A stretch of 64,000 nucleotides of DNA from Haliotis rubra (lineage: Eukaryota): contig NW_025767412.1 of assembly GCF_003918875.1 (NCBI RefSeq), forward strand, positions 744,001-808,000, in the 5' to 3' direction. Every line of letters starts with the position of its first letter. Position 1 is the first letter of the stretch. Both the position numbers and the translations under genes were made by a program. The notes under the pieces are model-generated. The model worked only from the letters and a program-made list of their open reading frames with translations. It was not told the origin of the DNA and did not search any database. Shown piece after piece: positions 1-13,580 of this stretch.

Positions 1-674
1 TGTGCCCATCACCCTTATTATTAGTCAAATCTCCAGCGACAATGATAATGATTATTTCCAGCCCACAGCATGTCCTCTGAACTCATGCCGTGATGTGGCC
101 CATAACTATTGATCATGGCGGGCTACACAACGTTGTAACGACCCGACTCAGTGCCTGCCTTCCTCTGTCTGCTCTACTGGGACACCCACGGTACGGGCAA
201 ACAGCGCTTCACGTCATAGTGTCATAGGGCCTACCTAGGGTATTTGAACAGGGGTCCAATTTGGGATGTCACCGGTCTACACGTACAGGAGTAACTGTCT
301 GATTGCAAAAAGTAGCCTGGACTTCCTGGATCGCTCCATCTCCACACACACGCACGCGCGCGTACCCACGCACGTATCATATTCTCAAATGCGTACCTTG
401 GGTATTTGAACAGGGAGCTAATTTGGGAGAGACTATCCGACAACAATGAATGGATACACGCACATTATGACCTTACAGAAACGTTAAACATGGGTTGTTT
501 CGGTCGTGTTCTTTTTGTTCATAAAGTGTTTAGTTCACACCTCACCATCTAAAAACAGCAAAACTGACAAAACCCCGAAAGGATATTACAACACTGTAGA
601 TCTAGACTGAGGCATATAATAGACTTAACATCTTTCCTGCGGTACACATTGGTGCCGAGATTTACATACCGTTT

Positions 675-910
675 GTTTGTCTGTTGCTTAGCACCACACT
701 GAAAAACAACCCGGCGACGTGTCAGCTGTCTGTAGCTAATCGAGTATGGACCAGATATTCCAATGATTGACATCATGAGGATCGATCTCCGCTACTGGGA
801 TACGATGACAACCATCAACCAAATCAGCGAGCCTGACCAGTCAATGCCGTTCGTCACCTCTTACGACCAACATGGCTTGATGAAGACAAATTCTCAACCT
901 GTCTTCAGGA
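675..910 (-). mobile_element. Family B retroposon, diverged
   Basis: Colinear with other family B copies (GATACGATGACA, AGCGAGCCTGACCA, CTCTTACGAC, TGAAGAC). Confidence 0.75.
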
Positions 911-1853
911 GGCGTTTATATAGTGAGGGCATGCGTGATGTGACGAGATGGGATATAAGATACACGATACTAACAATGAAGGCCTTTTTCATGAACTCAT
1001 GAAGTTGCTAAACCTGAAGCTAATGGAAAGCGTCAAATCACGTTCAAATCAAGAGAGCAGTTGGAATCAAATTCTACCTTAATCCTTCTTAGCCATACAT
1101 TTTTGGAATAGATCTAGTTCATCGTTGGTTTACACTTTTATCGACTCGTGTTCGTATCGAAAGGCACGTGGGTGAGATTGCAAGATGAAGGCGTAAAGCT
1201 GCAAGTGACTAGTAAAGTATTGTAGATAATACTAGATATAGTTAAACCACAATGATCAACTTAGATACTACTAACTATACTAGTATCCCAATAACATCAC
1301 TAATATGTGCAATAACTACAGTAAACAAATAGATTGACATACAAAGGAATGAAACAGACAGCAACAGGGAAAACACGACTCCACTGTCTTCCAGATGAAT
1401 TACAACGAACACATCATACACACACATGCACGCACGCACGCAAACGCATACAGACACATACCTTTTGCACTTATGTGAGTCAGTGCATTTTCTGTCAGCG
1501 TTCGAAATTAACGTCGGCCCTTAGGCCCGAATTTGAAGCCGACTGAAAACCACCCGGACCCACAGCTCTTGTTTTCTGCAGGTCCTTACTGTCGACACTT
1601 TTTTCATCATCAATTACTAAGAATATTATATGTCAGAAAATATCGTAACTAGTTTAAACTTTTCAATAAAACTCTTTCACTCAGTTTGTTAGTTGTCACA
1701 TTTTTGTTTGCTGGGAATTACTTATATTGTAGCTGAAATACAGGGCCTACACATTCTGATCAGGATCCACAATTTTTTATGGTTCTGGGTCCTTAGGGTC
1801 TGCAGCTTTTCAGGGTTAAGGCAAACACTGTTTTCTGTACATATGTGTATCTA

Positions 1854-2058
1854 GGAATGACATGTGTCTATGGATGATCAGCTTCTTTATTGTACAAATG
1901 CGACTTATCGGTATCGATACTTATACTGCTTTCCTCATGCGTGAGAACGGTATATGCATCTATACCGAAACGTCGCCATTGTACAATAAACCATAAACAT
2001 CATCAATAAACACATGTCATTCCTATTGCTTACAACTTCTAGAATGCCTCTCAAACAG
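1854..2058 (+). mobile_element. Small Penelope-type insertion with inverted pLTR-like structure and hammerhead-like core
   Basis: 13-bp direct repeats ATATGTGTATCTA (1841-1853, 2059-2071); long imperfect hairpin 1852-2025; core GTGAGAA-C-GGTATA-tgcatc-TATACC-GAAA-C-GTC at 1941-1974. Confidence 0.65.
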
Positions 2059-5000
2059 ATATGTGTATCTACAGATGTATCCTAATGACTTACAAATATA
2101 CCTGACCTAAGTTAATGACCCTAATGTGTCCTCAGTCGCCAATTATATGCAACAAACGATGTAACTCAGGAGCAGAAAGTACAACCATCTTGATATTAAC
2201 ACAATGCCCTCGAGAAAATTTCAATCTTATCCTGCCAATTTATTTCAGCAAAGGTTTTGTTATCCATTGGCGATTCGCCCCTGTTCCAATTCGAGTGTGC
2301 CAAACAAGTTAGCCGAGCCTCGTCCACGAAACATCAAGATGAACGAGCAATCACGGGCAAACTGAATTACGAAACTTTTTATTGGACGAACGGGCTTACG
2401 TAATGTAGTTTCCCGACCCTTTTTTAATTCATGACCTTTCGAAAGGGTATGGGCTCTCCTACTCGACTGCCAGCTGAGTGGGGATGATGAAGGATTCATT
2501 CAGAGGACCTGGCACTTGTGTTTGCCTTCTCCCTCAGTGTTCAACGGGTGGGACTTGAGTATGGTGTAATTTGGTAAAGGATGTGAATTTGTGCCGGGAC
2601 GTGAGACTAACGTGTGTCTACTACGTTAGAGGCTTGCACTGTTCCAGCGTCAGGATATCGGCAGGACATCTAAAGCATGATGGATCAAATGCACAATTGT
2701 TGCTTGTCAGATTTAATAAAGTTCATCAGAACTTGTTTTCGTCGGTTATGTCCTCAAAAGACAAGCAAACTAATCTGGTTTATTACATATATATCAATAT
2801 AAGGTTCACACTGAGTCAGTCAATCAAGATTTTATACATCCAAATCACATTTCATCACAAAGAATCTTATCTGTTTCATCCAATTCTTCCACTTCGTACT
2901 CAAACAAACCCAAAGTCGATCTTTTTCAATGTTAATTTAAACCTGTTGCTGGGTTACGACGAATTTACTGTGGTATTTCTCGATAAGAAAATTAAGTTTG
3001 TGCAAATATGAAAGGAGAAAAAACTCATCCTTGTCGTAACACTTTAGCATCAATAAAGTACAACGAGGCGATTCCGTCTGGTCGACTAGACCTGGCTGAT
3101 TAAGGTCTATATTATAATATATGTCTCTGTTTCTCCAGGGAGTTCTTGGATAAAGTTCTAATGATACCTAATCTAATATACTTATTGCTGGCCCCCGGAT
3201 CAGTTGGGCTCAGACGCCCCACCCAGGGGACAACTCCTGTCAGGTGGCGGTCTGTGCGGCTGACACGGCACTACTTAAACTGGCATGTATTGACACCTCC
3301 GAGCCGCAAACTGGCTTACTGTTATTATACTTTACGGATTAGTATTTATCGACTGGTATTGTCTATGCGCTTTGTTTGTTGGATATCCTTTGATCAGAAA
3401 TGTGCAGGAGGGTTGTGTTTGATGCAAGGGTTTAACGTGTCAGGGAAGTACGTTCAAATGCCGGATGGTTGTGATTAAAGTGCGAGTGAGTGAGTGAGTG
3501 AGTGAGTGAGAGAGCATGGTGCCGTCAAACCTAGAAACATAATGAGGGCACATCTTTGATTCGAACCCAAACTGACCTCAAAATGAAAGGTTTTCTGTCA
3601 CACATAAGGGACTTTAATCAATAGTACATAGTTTCATATCGAGCACCCCCACCCCTACCAATGACCCCTCCCCAACTCCGACTTCCTTTCGAGCCCTCCC
3701 ATCACCGCCACCCCTCCCCCCACATTTATAGACTGTTGTACTCCTCCATAAATTCCACGACCTTTAGTCAAACAATTGCTTGGTTATGGCAAATCTCTCG
3801 GGCAATCTATTTTTGCTCAGACTCGAAACAACTTTTCACAGGAGCGTCAGTTCTTGTCATCCTGGACTAATTCTTTAACGCGGACCATTTCCTGCCAACT
3901 TGGCATTCTGAAGTGGTGCGAAAAATCATAATGAATAATTCCAGCATACATCGATCATAACGACCCTAACAAAGGAATCAATCAACGGACGCTCTCAGAG
4001 GACCTCCTTTATTTTCAAACTGGTTTCCCTGACATATTGGCCCTGCTTTATGAGCCCTTAGATCGCAAGCGTGAACATTGCATTAGCGCAGTTTAGTGTT
4101 TATTGAAGTCAAAAACAAATTTGTTCTGAGGCTCAGTCTTCAGCAATAATGTGATCAAAGAGGGGTATGCGCACGCGTTGCGGTAAAGGAAATCTGGTCT
4201 GCACTGATAGACCGTTGTCCTTCGGTTCCTGTACTGTATGGACATAGACTACAAGTATATACTTTCCTATGCAAATTCTGAATTTTAATACGAATTCCAC
4301 ACATAACAGAATACATATTATTGCAAAACCAGACGCGTGAATAATGGTCTATGTATTTCCGCTTCATGAGTTATACACAAATCAATAAGATAAAAATATT
4401 TATGAATTTCTCATGGAAAAATCGTGACGCATGTTTTGCAATTGCAAACCATTGCCTGCATATCCTATTTTCAATATTTCAAAACACTTACATCTCGTAT
4501 AGTCGATTTATTCGTAGCTCGAAACAACCGGAGTATCGATGAACGATCAGACCATGTGACCGATAACGGTTAGAGATTCAACAGAACCATCAAAGATCCG
4601 TATTCCTCGATTTATCCGGAGTTCGAGACTTACGGAGTGCCTACTTGGGATCAGACTGACATGACAGATTTTGTATGGAGATTTAGTATAATATGTGAAA
4701 CCCATTTCTGATGTCGTGATAGACATATTATCATTAAAATCGGCGTAGAAATGATTCCCTCACTCACTCTAAACGCTGTATCGGGTTGAAGGAAAACGAG
4801 TTGTGAACAGGTTTTGAAAGTAACTTACTGTCGGACATGTTAAGATCCGCTATCTCGAATGTACCTATATCTCGAACATCCAGCGTTTTTTCCTTCCCGG
4901 AACCTCGAAACCTGGACTCAGTTTGATCAATACCGGCGAGATATTTTTAGTATGCCAGCGTATTGTTACGTATTACCTATACGCGATCTATCTTTGATCA

Positions 5001-8000
5001 TTATCTCGTATGTTTGTTTGCATAAACTGAAGTTGCAACACGGTCCCGCTAGGTTCGAAATACATGGGGCCATTATGCACGATGCATATATTAAAATCAT
5101 CTGTAACCAAAACGAAATAGTTCCTGAATGCACATTAAGCTCTGTTACACTTTAAAACCAAAGTGTGTGTTATACGGTACTAGCTATAGGTGTTAATGGT
5201 TTTGGCCATACACAGGGCACGATAGCTCACTTATTCATTGTAACACAAACATGTACTCGTTTTGCTATCGATTATTTTCCTCTGCCGATTTGTATTGTGC
5301 GATGCGTTGAACTTCCACCGGCCGCCATTGTTGATACAGCCTTCACGTCGCCAGCCCAACGAAACGCCAAATAGTGATGGAGAAAATCCATTGATGTTTC
5401 AATTACTTACATCCCAGGGTCAAAACAAACAATAAATTGCTTCGTAATGAAGAACGTTCTCGCATTGTCAGACTGGACAGATCATTTGAATCAAATTATC
5501 GATTAAATAATAATGAAAATGTACTCAATGTTAATGACTAGGGGAAACGTGCGCCTAATCGAAATTTTACATTACGAAGGGAATGATTTACATTACTGAA
5601 TAGAAACGATCAAATATGTCATTGACATCTTTATTCACTCTCTGCAGTATCGAGGAATAATGTTTCATTATAAGATAAGTCTTGGGGGAACCTAGTAACG
5701 ATAATTACATAATCTATCCGACATTCTGGTCTCGCAATGTGAGACTATAAATAGACTACCAATAACGGCATTTTAAGATCTCTTACTTAACCAGGGATCT
5801 AAATTAGTCAAAATAAATTTACATTTTAAATGGAACCTTATTTACAACGCAATGGCTGCATCTGGCTGTGACCTACACACACAAGATAGTAACTACTCAA
5901 CGCAAATGAACACTGTCAGACAAACTAAGACTTCAAAGGCTGCCAGTCACTTTCACGTACAGCGGTAACCTTACACAGATCCTTGAGGCCAAGCGTCCAC
6001 ACCTATCACCATATTTCAGTCAATCTGTCAATGTGCAGAAATAAACAAGCTTCCAGAACACCCAGTGTTAGGGAATCTGCTTTAATTCAAGCAATGGAAA
6101 CCCTCCACGAAGTGCCCGTATCGATTTTACAAAGATCGATAGTGAGTGCCCGTAGTGATCATCTGTACTAGCCTTAACCTCTCCTTGCTGTGCTACTGCA
6201 TACACACTGACGAACACGGCCTGTCCTACACGTGTCCACTGCTAATTCGCCGTGGGATTCGAGATGTTACACACAAGGGACATTGATTAAACTTTCTCGT
6301 TCGTGTTTTTCGGTCTTTCAAACGCCAAATTTGCTTGTTGTAAACTATTTGGGCAGTAGCGTGATTGCGTTTGCGTGTCGTAATGTAATAATGGAGTTTT
6401 ATGTGCTGCGAAGCACTCTCGTTGATTAAAGTGTTTTTTCGAAAAGAGATGGCCGAATTTACATAGCTCGACAACTGTTTGATGCGATTATACCATAAAA
6501 TTACCTTAAATACCAACGAACCTCTGTTTTGAGCTCATTTGGTGCTATCCTAATCGAGCGTATTCAAGTCAGGGTTAAACCTGCTTATAGTACCGGAAGT
6601 ACGTTATCTACTGGCATCAAAATACATTCTGCCCATGTGCATCGAGATGAGTCAATATCGTCCGACACGCTCAATTAAGGTATTATCATTAGATCAAGTT
6701 GGATACAGGTAACCAGTCTCTGTAACGAGAATATAGAGTCATCACCATGGAAACCAAACCGTGACCCCTCATTTTGATGAGGGGATGAATTATAAAACGG
6801 TCAGTCATTAAAATAATTCAGATCAGTACGTCTATTGGTATACTTCTGTTCTATCTATTATTGAATTGTATTGAAAACCATTCGTCCATGCAGATGCCTC
6901 GACACAGGAATACTCTTACACGTTTCTGTAACAAGGTCTGTACTGGCCCTATACAATTAAAAGAAAACGCGAACGACCACAGGTGCTTGTCAAATGATGT
7001 ACGACTGTTGTCGTAACAATAGCGACCTTTATCAAGCTTGAAGCACGCCATTGAAGTAATCATCTGACATTAACCTTAACAACCTCGCGTACGCCCACAC
7101 TTTACCGTTACATACAACGTGGAACTTGAAGCGTTTGATAAGGCTGTCATTCTGGAAACTATAGAACAGACAAAAATGTGGACTGGTTGGCCACAATGAC
7201 ATGTTTTGTCTTTTATAGCCTGACCCCAAAGAACCGAAGAGGCATTTTCAATGCCTACCCTATTGGACATAGGTATGACTCCGACAACAATGAGTGAGTG
7301 AGTGACTCGGTGTCTGGGTTGGTGGGTGATTGTGTGAGTGAATGGGTGGGTGAATCAGTCTAATGACGTTTTAAGCAGTATTACATTTTTAACCAGGTCT
7401 GTGGGAAGACACCTACAAACATTAGAGCGAAGATCTTACAAACCATCACTCACAGGTTTCTCGCACCACATTGGTAAGATGAGTGATCCATTATACACCC
7501 CCACCCCCCCCCGAAACTTCTACAACCACAACAACATGAACGTGAACGTGAACGCAAACGGAACATGGCAGCTGTGTCGATACCATCCGGAGTACTCATT
7601 CACCATGTGATAACGTGACCCTCAACACAGACTCCACATAATTGCCTCATTTCGCTTCACGCACTGAACGCAAACGGCTTTCCTAAATAGATGTTGATTC
7701 ACGATCTATGAAATCAACACAAACGCAAAATGAATTAACAGCAAAAACATTAAAACGACATAATGTATCACGTTTCAACACGTGCACATTCCGTTCTGTC
7801 ATTATGTCCTCATTAACTTGCACTGAGCTACCTGTACACACACACATGTTGTACGCTTCACTAAACACAATCTACAACGTCATGTATTCATATGTCGACG
7901 ATCACATTCCATCCAAATGGTTCCGGAAACAAACATCGAGACATTTGAAGACATGTATTTGAGTTGATGACTGAAATGTAACCCGACACAGAATGAATCG

Positions 8001-8794
8001 ATATGCAAACACCATCCCTAACAAAACACATATCTGCAATGTTGCGGATGAGAGATGAATACCTGCTTTCTGCCGTCTCATCAATAAATCAACTTATCGT
8101 GGTGGTTAGTCTCTCAACAAGAGATAAAGATGCTTTTAGAAAAAATCACAGAATCAATTCGATACTCTCACATTTCAGACCATCACATATACTACACCGT
8201 TCACTCAATACCTCATACACGATCTTTTCCGAATTATTTGAAACCCAATTTGAGAGAAGAATAAAATTTAGCTTGGGAAAGATAACACATATAATGTAAA
8301 AGAGGAAAATCAATGTTTAGAAACTCGCGAGTCCATGTTGCCAAGGCTCCACATTCTAAAGCACAGCCTTCGACCTTTCCTTCCCTTACATAATGACAGT
8401 GGGCATTGTACAGTACCCCTGGGGAATGTAAACAACACTGCTGTATTATTTTCATATTGACGACTGCTTTCCAGCGCTGTAATCTACCATTATGCAGCGG
8501 CCCACACTAACCCAGTAATCACTCACAGGGCAAAGGATTGGACGTTCTTTGCAGTATTGACCCAAAGAGCCAAACCGTGGCCCCACTGCTGCTAAACTTG
8601 TTTATTTACTGGGCATAATTTATTTAATGGTATAATTGCTCAAATAACTAAATCGAGATGGATTTGAATGACAAATATGAGATATTAGCGTTAGGTTAAT
8701 GTGAAGTCACAATAAGGTCATCCAAAACACTACACACGATCAGGCTGAGAACAGTGCCTGCTAACTGAAGATGCCGCCATGTTGGTTTGCCTAC

Positions 8795-9014
8795 CTTGGT
8801 GGTTAAGCTAGTATTGAGCTCCCCACATCCGGGACACGTGACCTTCTCACAATCCACACACACGTTTGGACCTTCTCTGGACCCATCCTCGTTCAGTCGG
8901 ATCTCATTTTTGTTGCATATAGGGCACAGAGAACATCCGGAATCGCTAAGCTCGGACAACGATGCTTCCCTCTCAATCCGTGTGGCATATTCTATGTATT
9001 CCTCTTCTAGATTC
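8795..9014 (-). CDS. PCLO: Piccolo/Bassoon-like protein, coding exon 2 (first six Cys of a Piccolo/RIM-type zinc finger)
   Basis: Acceptor ctactttcag|G completes Arg, then NLEEEYIEYATRIEREASLSELSDSGCSLCPICNKNEIRLNEDGSREGPNVCVDCEKVTCPGCGELNTSLTTK|gtaggc. Three CxxC pairs with the zf-piccolo pattern; 220 nt, phase 2 to 0. The exon with WxCxxC was not found in 1-8794. Confidence 0.88.
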
Positions 9015-10497
9015 CTGAAAGTAGAGAAGATTAATGATTCATACGGCTGTGTAGATCTGGGACGCTGTCGTCATGTCGCATGCTCAAAACCAGACCTGCT
9101 CCAGAACAATGCACGTAAATAATTGATTGGTACCTAAAAGCTTCAGCCTTGCACATTCATAATCTGCAAGGCTTCCTAAAAACAGCTGGTTTGAGTGTGA
9201 GAGGTTGCTGGCTCTATAGTCTTTGGAAGACAGGCACATTCACTGAATTGCTCTTGTTGTTCAGGGCTGGAAGGGTCTTAACGGTCTATCTAATTAGGGG
9301 AACAGATGTAAATTGAAATACCTGACGCTTGGATCAATATTGTAAAGAGCAAGAAATTGACAAATGCTCGGCCAATCATGTCAAGAATGTATGAGACTGG
9401 AACAGTAAGGAAGCTAGTTCATTTATACCTGGCAATGAAGGCACGAGGAAGCCTGCCTGTGCATTTTACACACGCTGCGAGCTGATTGCACAGTGTGAGA
9501 GTTAAAACCCAATAATCAGCGAGTGACTGATACCAGATGCGCAAAAAGTCAATATGTTCCCCAGAAAAATGGTTAGAATGATCTGCATCAAGGGATTCCA
9601 TACAGAGTATACTTCGATATCATGTTACAGCATGTGTCTTCAGTTAATTATTCATACTTATGTATTAAGAAAATGCAACGTAGATTCTCTTTCATATAAA
9701 ACATTTTCATTAACATTATTTCTATCTTTTTGCTATACATTTGTTTTAAAACTGGAACTTTCTAATAAAATGCTTTCTAAAACACCATTCAACTACGTCT
9801 CAATGACACAAAGTCTCATTATACCGCATCGTTGCTGGGTTGTAGAACCCGTTAAGCGTAAGAAACACCAAGTAAAGAAAGCCATTATACAAATGAAAAT
9901 GCACGTTTCTTCCCCTTTATCAGAGTGCTGTGTGCCTTCAGACAGAATAAGTGGTTCTTAAGAGGTGGAACGCGATTCCTTGGAAAGATGCTCGAGAAGA
10001 GGTTCCAGACAAATGATTTTGCGAGGTCAGTTTCCACCTCATACCCTCCGCATTGTTTTAAAGACTTAAGAGGAATACCATTTGTGCACCGTCAACACTC
10101 TCGGGGACGGCAGCGGCATCAAATGTCATTCTGGTCAGTGAGTGTCTGTCTTGTTGAACAACATAATATAATCTGGCAATAAATTACAGCCCGTGTCGAT
10201 CTCGTCTGGTGATATTATCCTCCCAAGTGTGGCCAGGCTTACATATGTCAAGGCCACATGCTCCAGACCCTGGCTCGCTGGATAGATAAATGGCTGAGAG
10301 CTTTCCGGCGGGACAACCATAATTCAAACTACTATTGGGTGGCTCTTGTTTTCTACTGGACCGATGTAAACTTTACAGATTTATTTTCTTCAAATTTTCC
10401 TCCATTTGATGAAAAAATATTTCGTCTTTTCTCTTTTTTAGGGTTACATTTATGCTTGATCGAAACATCAAGCATATATGTCCTTTCGACAAATTTA

Positions 10498-10625
10498 GGG
10501 TCGCTGTGGTAACTTGTGGTGGTTAAAGCGTTTGCTCGTCACGCCGAAAACATGGGTTCGATCCCCCACATGGGTACAATGTTCGCTAAAAGCGGCGTAG
10601 AACTAAGACTCACTCACTCACTCAC
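10498..10625 (+). mobile_element. Family A SINE with internal deletion
   Basis: GTGGTTAAAGCGTTTGCTCGTCACGCCG...GGTTCGATCCCCCACATGGGTACAATG joined to the tail. Confidence 0.85.
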
Positions 10626-10719
10626 AACTTTTAGTAAATGTTGCACGCACTGCAAACGATTCCTTCTCAAGAGGCGACGTTGTACCTAGTTGTTGTTGCT
10701 GCTGCTGCTGTTGTTGTTG

Positions 10720-10948
10720 TTGTTAGAACTGGTCTTTAGCAACCCATGTTTGTCCTGAGATAAGAGTAACGTGATCGAGTGGACAGGTTCGCTGACTTGG
10801 TTGATGCATGTCAATCCCAATTGTGTAGATCGATGCTCATGATGCCAGTCCTTGAATTGTCTGGATTATTTACAGACCGCCTTCATACAGCTGGCACATT
10901 GCTGAGTGCGGTGTCAAAACAACAAACAAAACAAACAAACAAACAAAC
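10720..10948 (+). mobile_element. Family B retroposon
   Basis: GTTAGAACTGGTCTTTAGCAACCCATG ... TAGATCGATGCTCATG ... GCTGAGTGCGGTG, (AAAC)n tail. Confidence 0.78.
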
Positions 10949-12323
10949 CTCGTGGTTGCTCGTTGTACAAATCACCGAATCGTCAGGTTAAGATCTGGCC
11001 CCTACTACCGTCATATGATGGCGCATCAACAAACAATCAGCTTTTGTATAAAACTTTTGGTGCCACATCTGGTACCATCAGTACTAGTGATTACAAGTAA
11101 CCCATTCATGAAATTCTGATCCCTTTCAGTCAAATGGAATGTTGATAGTGATGTTTTAAATTTACACAGAAAATCCCATTTCGGTTTCTTAACATAATCC
11201 AAAGTGTCGAGTTTTGGTGTACCCGCCACCTGTTAACTTAAAGTCAGTTTACGGCGGAGTAAAGTTTCACTCCTTCTCGCAACAATATTTTGCCTCCTTA
11301 AGATAATGTATTGATTAGGGTCAAAAGTTTGATACGTACTCTATCAATGTTCGATTGCAACTAAAGCTTTTGCGTCATTGGTTCAGAAAATTGCGTGCAT
11401 ACGTTCCTAAATCGAAAAATAATTTTCGGTCTGCCGTACATTGATTACAGGCCTCACTAGTATGTTCGGTTAGAAATGGCTTCGGTTGAGCCAATCGATC
11501 ACGCATCAGGCGGATTTATACTCTCGGGATACACGAGATCTCTTGGGAACTGCGGCCGGAAATGCGACCTCCTTCAGTGCCGTTACAAAATCTACTATAG
11601 TAAAGTCATAGCTATTAACTGCTTTGATAGATGCCACATTAACTTTCTCAGATCTGTGCCCAAGAAACTGGGTGTGAAACAATTGCCGTTCAGGGCAGAG
11701 GTTTACATCATGTCGTACCAAAGCTGTAAACAGACCTGTGAACTTTCTGCAATAACATAAAAGTTAAATGGACCCATACAAAGAACTGATGACATAGTAG
11801 AAAAGGTGTCTTCGGGAGTGACAGAATAATAAAACTAAGTTGATTTCAAACCCAAAACTTCTAGTTGTTTTCACATTAAATGTCTAGTGTTCCTCATCAC
11901 TGAGGATTGTTTGCATGCTTTTCAGTATGGTTGCCATTTTCTGGGTTTTTTTATGGCATAAGATAAGACAAAAAGGCATGCTTAATAACTGTTTTTGCAA
12001 AAGATGAAGGGTGTAAGATATTACAGGAAATGGGAATTACGACGTTCAGAACGATGACAAATATTAAGTATGCTGAAAGTGAATGTTTGAAAGGATGCAG
12101 AGACGATGTACTTCCGGTCGACGTAACCATGGAAGTATTTATCTGTCAGCAAAGAAAATTGGGATTGCGAAAATGATTTACGGTTGACTACTTTTAAAAC
12201 GAACACGATTATAAAGAACCTACCGGTATAACGAACTATGCTTTGGTCCCGGCCAATTTCTGTATGTTTCTGTCGATATTAGTTCGTTATAACCGTAGTT
12301 TATTGTATTTGCGTCTTGAGTCG

Positions 12324-12460
12324 TGGAGTTGGGGTAGCCCGATAGGTAACCCATTCCGGGTTCGATTCTCCACATGGGTATTACATGTGAAGCCCGCTCT
12401 CGTGTCCCATGGCATGATATTGCCGGAATAATATTTAAAGCGTCGTTAAACACTACTCTC
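12324..12460 (+). mobile_element. Family A SINE, diverged
   Basis: GGGGTAGCC, GGGTTCGATTCTCCACATGGG, TGTGAAGCCC, GATATTGC. Confidence 0.7.
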
Positions 12461-13214
12461 TCTTTAAGGTACTGGCAACCTTTACAATTATCGTAAATGT
12501 TGTTTTATGGGCGTAAAATCAAATGCAGCAATATTCATATTATTGCAGTTCATGATTTTGAGAATCCCTGCAGGTATTATTGCAAATGTATAACACGTCA
12601 ATGGTTCTCATGCATATTTATATTCAAGCGACAAATAATTTAAATATATGTGCACAGCTGGTCTGCTCTCGTTGTGACCATCACAGAATCACTATTATAT
12701 TCTTGGGACCTGGAGATAGCGTGACACGCGGCTCTTATGGTTTATACAGCACGCTGGATGTTAACTTCCGCCTACCTATCAAAAATGCATGGGATAGGAA
12801 TTGCAAACCCATCGCATATCCTCGGCTTAAACAGAGTTGTCTCCCTTTGGATGTATCGTTTTGAACATGCTACAGTAACAAACATGTTTCATGGCAGATC
12901 TGGGACTGTCAGCCTAGCGTGCTCTCGTAATGGTGAATACCTGGGTTAGATTTCCCACAAGGGCGCAATTTGTGAGACACTCTCGTCGTCTCCTCCGTGT
13001 TATGGCTGCATTAAAACATACTCTGTTTTTCATTCATTTGTTGGTGGACCGTAGTGTAACTGAATGCTGACCCCAGGAGTTATGTGTTTCTGATGAGGGT
13101 AGAACCAAAGAACAAATCTGGTCTATTGGCGAACACCTGGTGTCATCTCTGATTTGTTGTGATCCTCAGGTTTCTATTTTAACTTTTACGACCAAAGGAA
13201 TCAATTTTGGTGAA

Positions 13215-13580
13215 TTATCGCGAATGGGTATATTTGAGGTTAAACACTGAGGCTTTACATTGTGGTTTTTGATTCGGATTGATTGGGATGAAATTGTGAG
13301 GTTTTAGATTGAGATTGGTTGAAGTTAAATATTGAGGCTACTCACTGAGGTTTTAAGTTAGCATTGATTTGGGTTAAATATTGAGGTTTTAGATTAAGAT
13401 TGATTGAGGTTAAACACCGAGGGTACAGATTAAGGTTTTAGATAAAAAGGATTGGGGTGAAATTGTGAGATTTCTATTGAGACTGATTGAGGTTAAACAC
13501 CGAGGGTACAGATTAAAGTATTAGATCACGATTGGTTGGGGTTACATACTGAGGTTGAGACTGAGATTGACTGAGGTTCG
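13215..13580. repeat. Degenerate minisatellite (GATTGAGGTTAAACACTGAGG-like units)
   Basis: Recurrent TGAGGTT, AAACAC(T/C)GAGG and AGATT motifs; TGATTGAGGTTAAACACCGAGGGTACAGATTAA occurs twice. Confidence 0.8.

Noticed and set aside
1-8794. Exon 3 of the Piccolo-like gene (expected WxCxxC)
   Set aside because: No phase-0 exon with that motif found by eye; presumed beyond the left edge.
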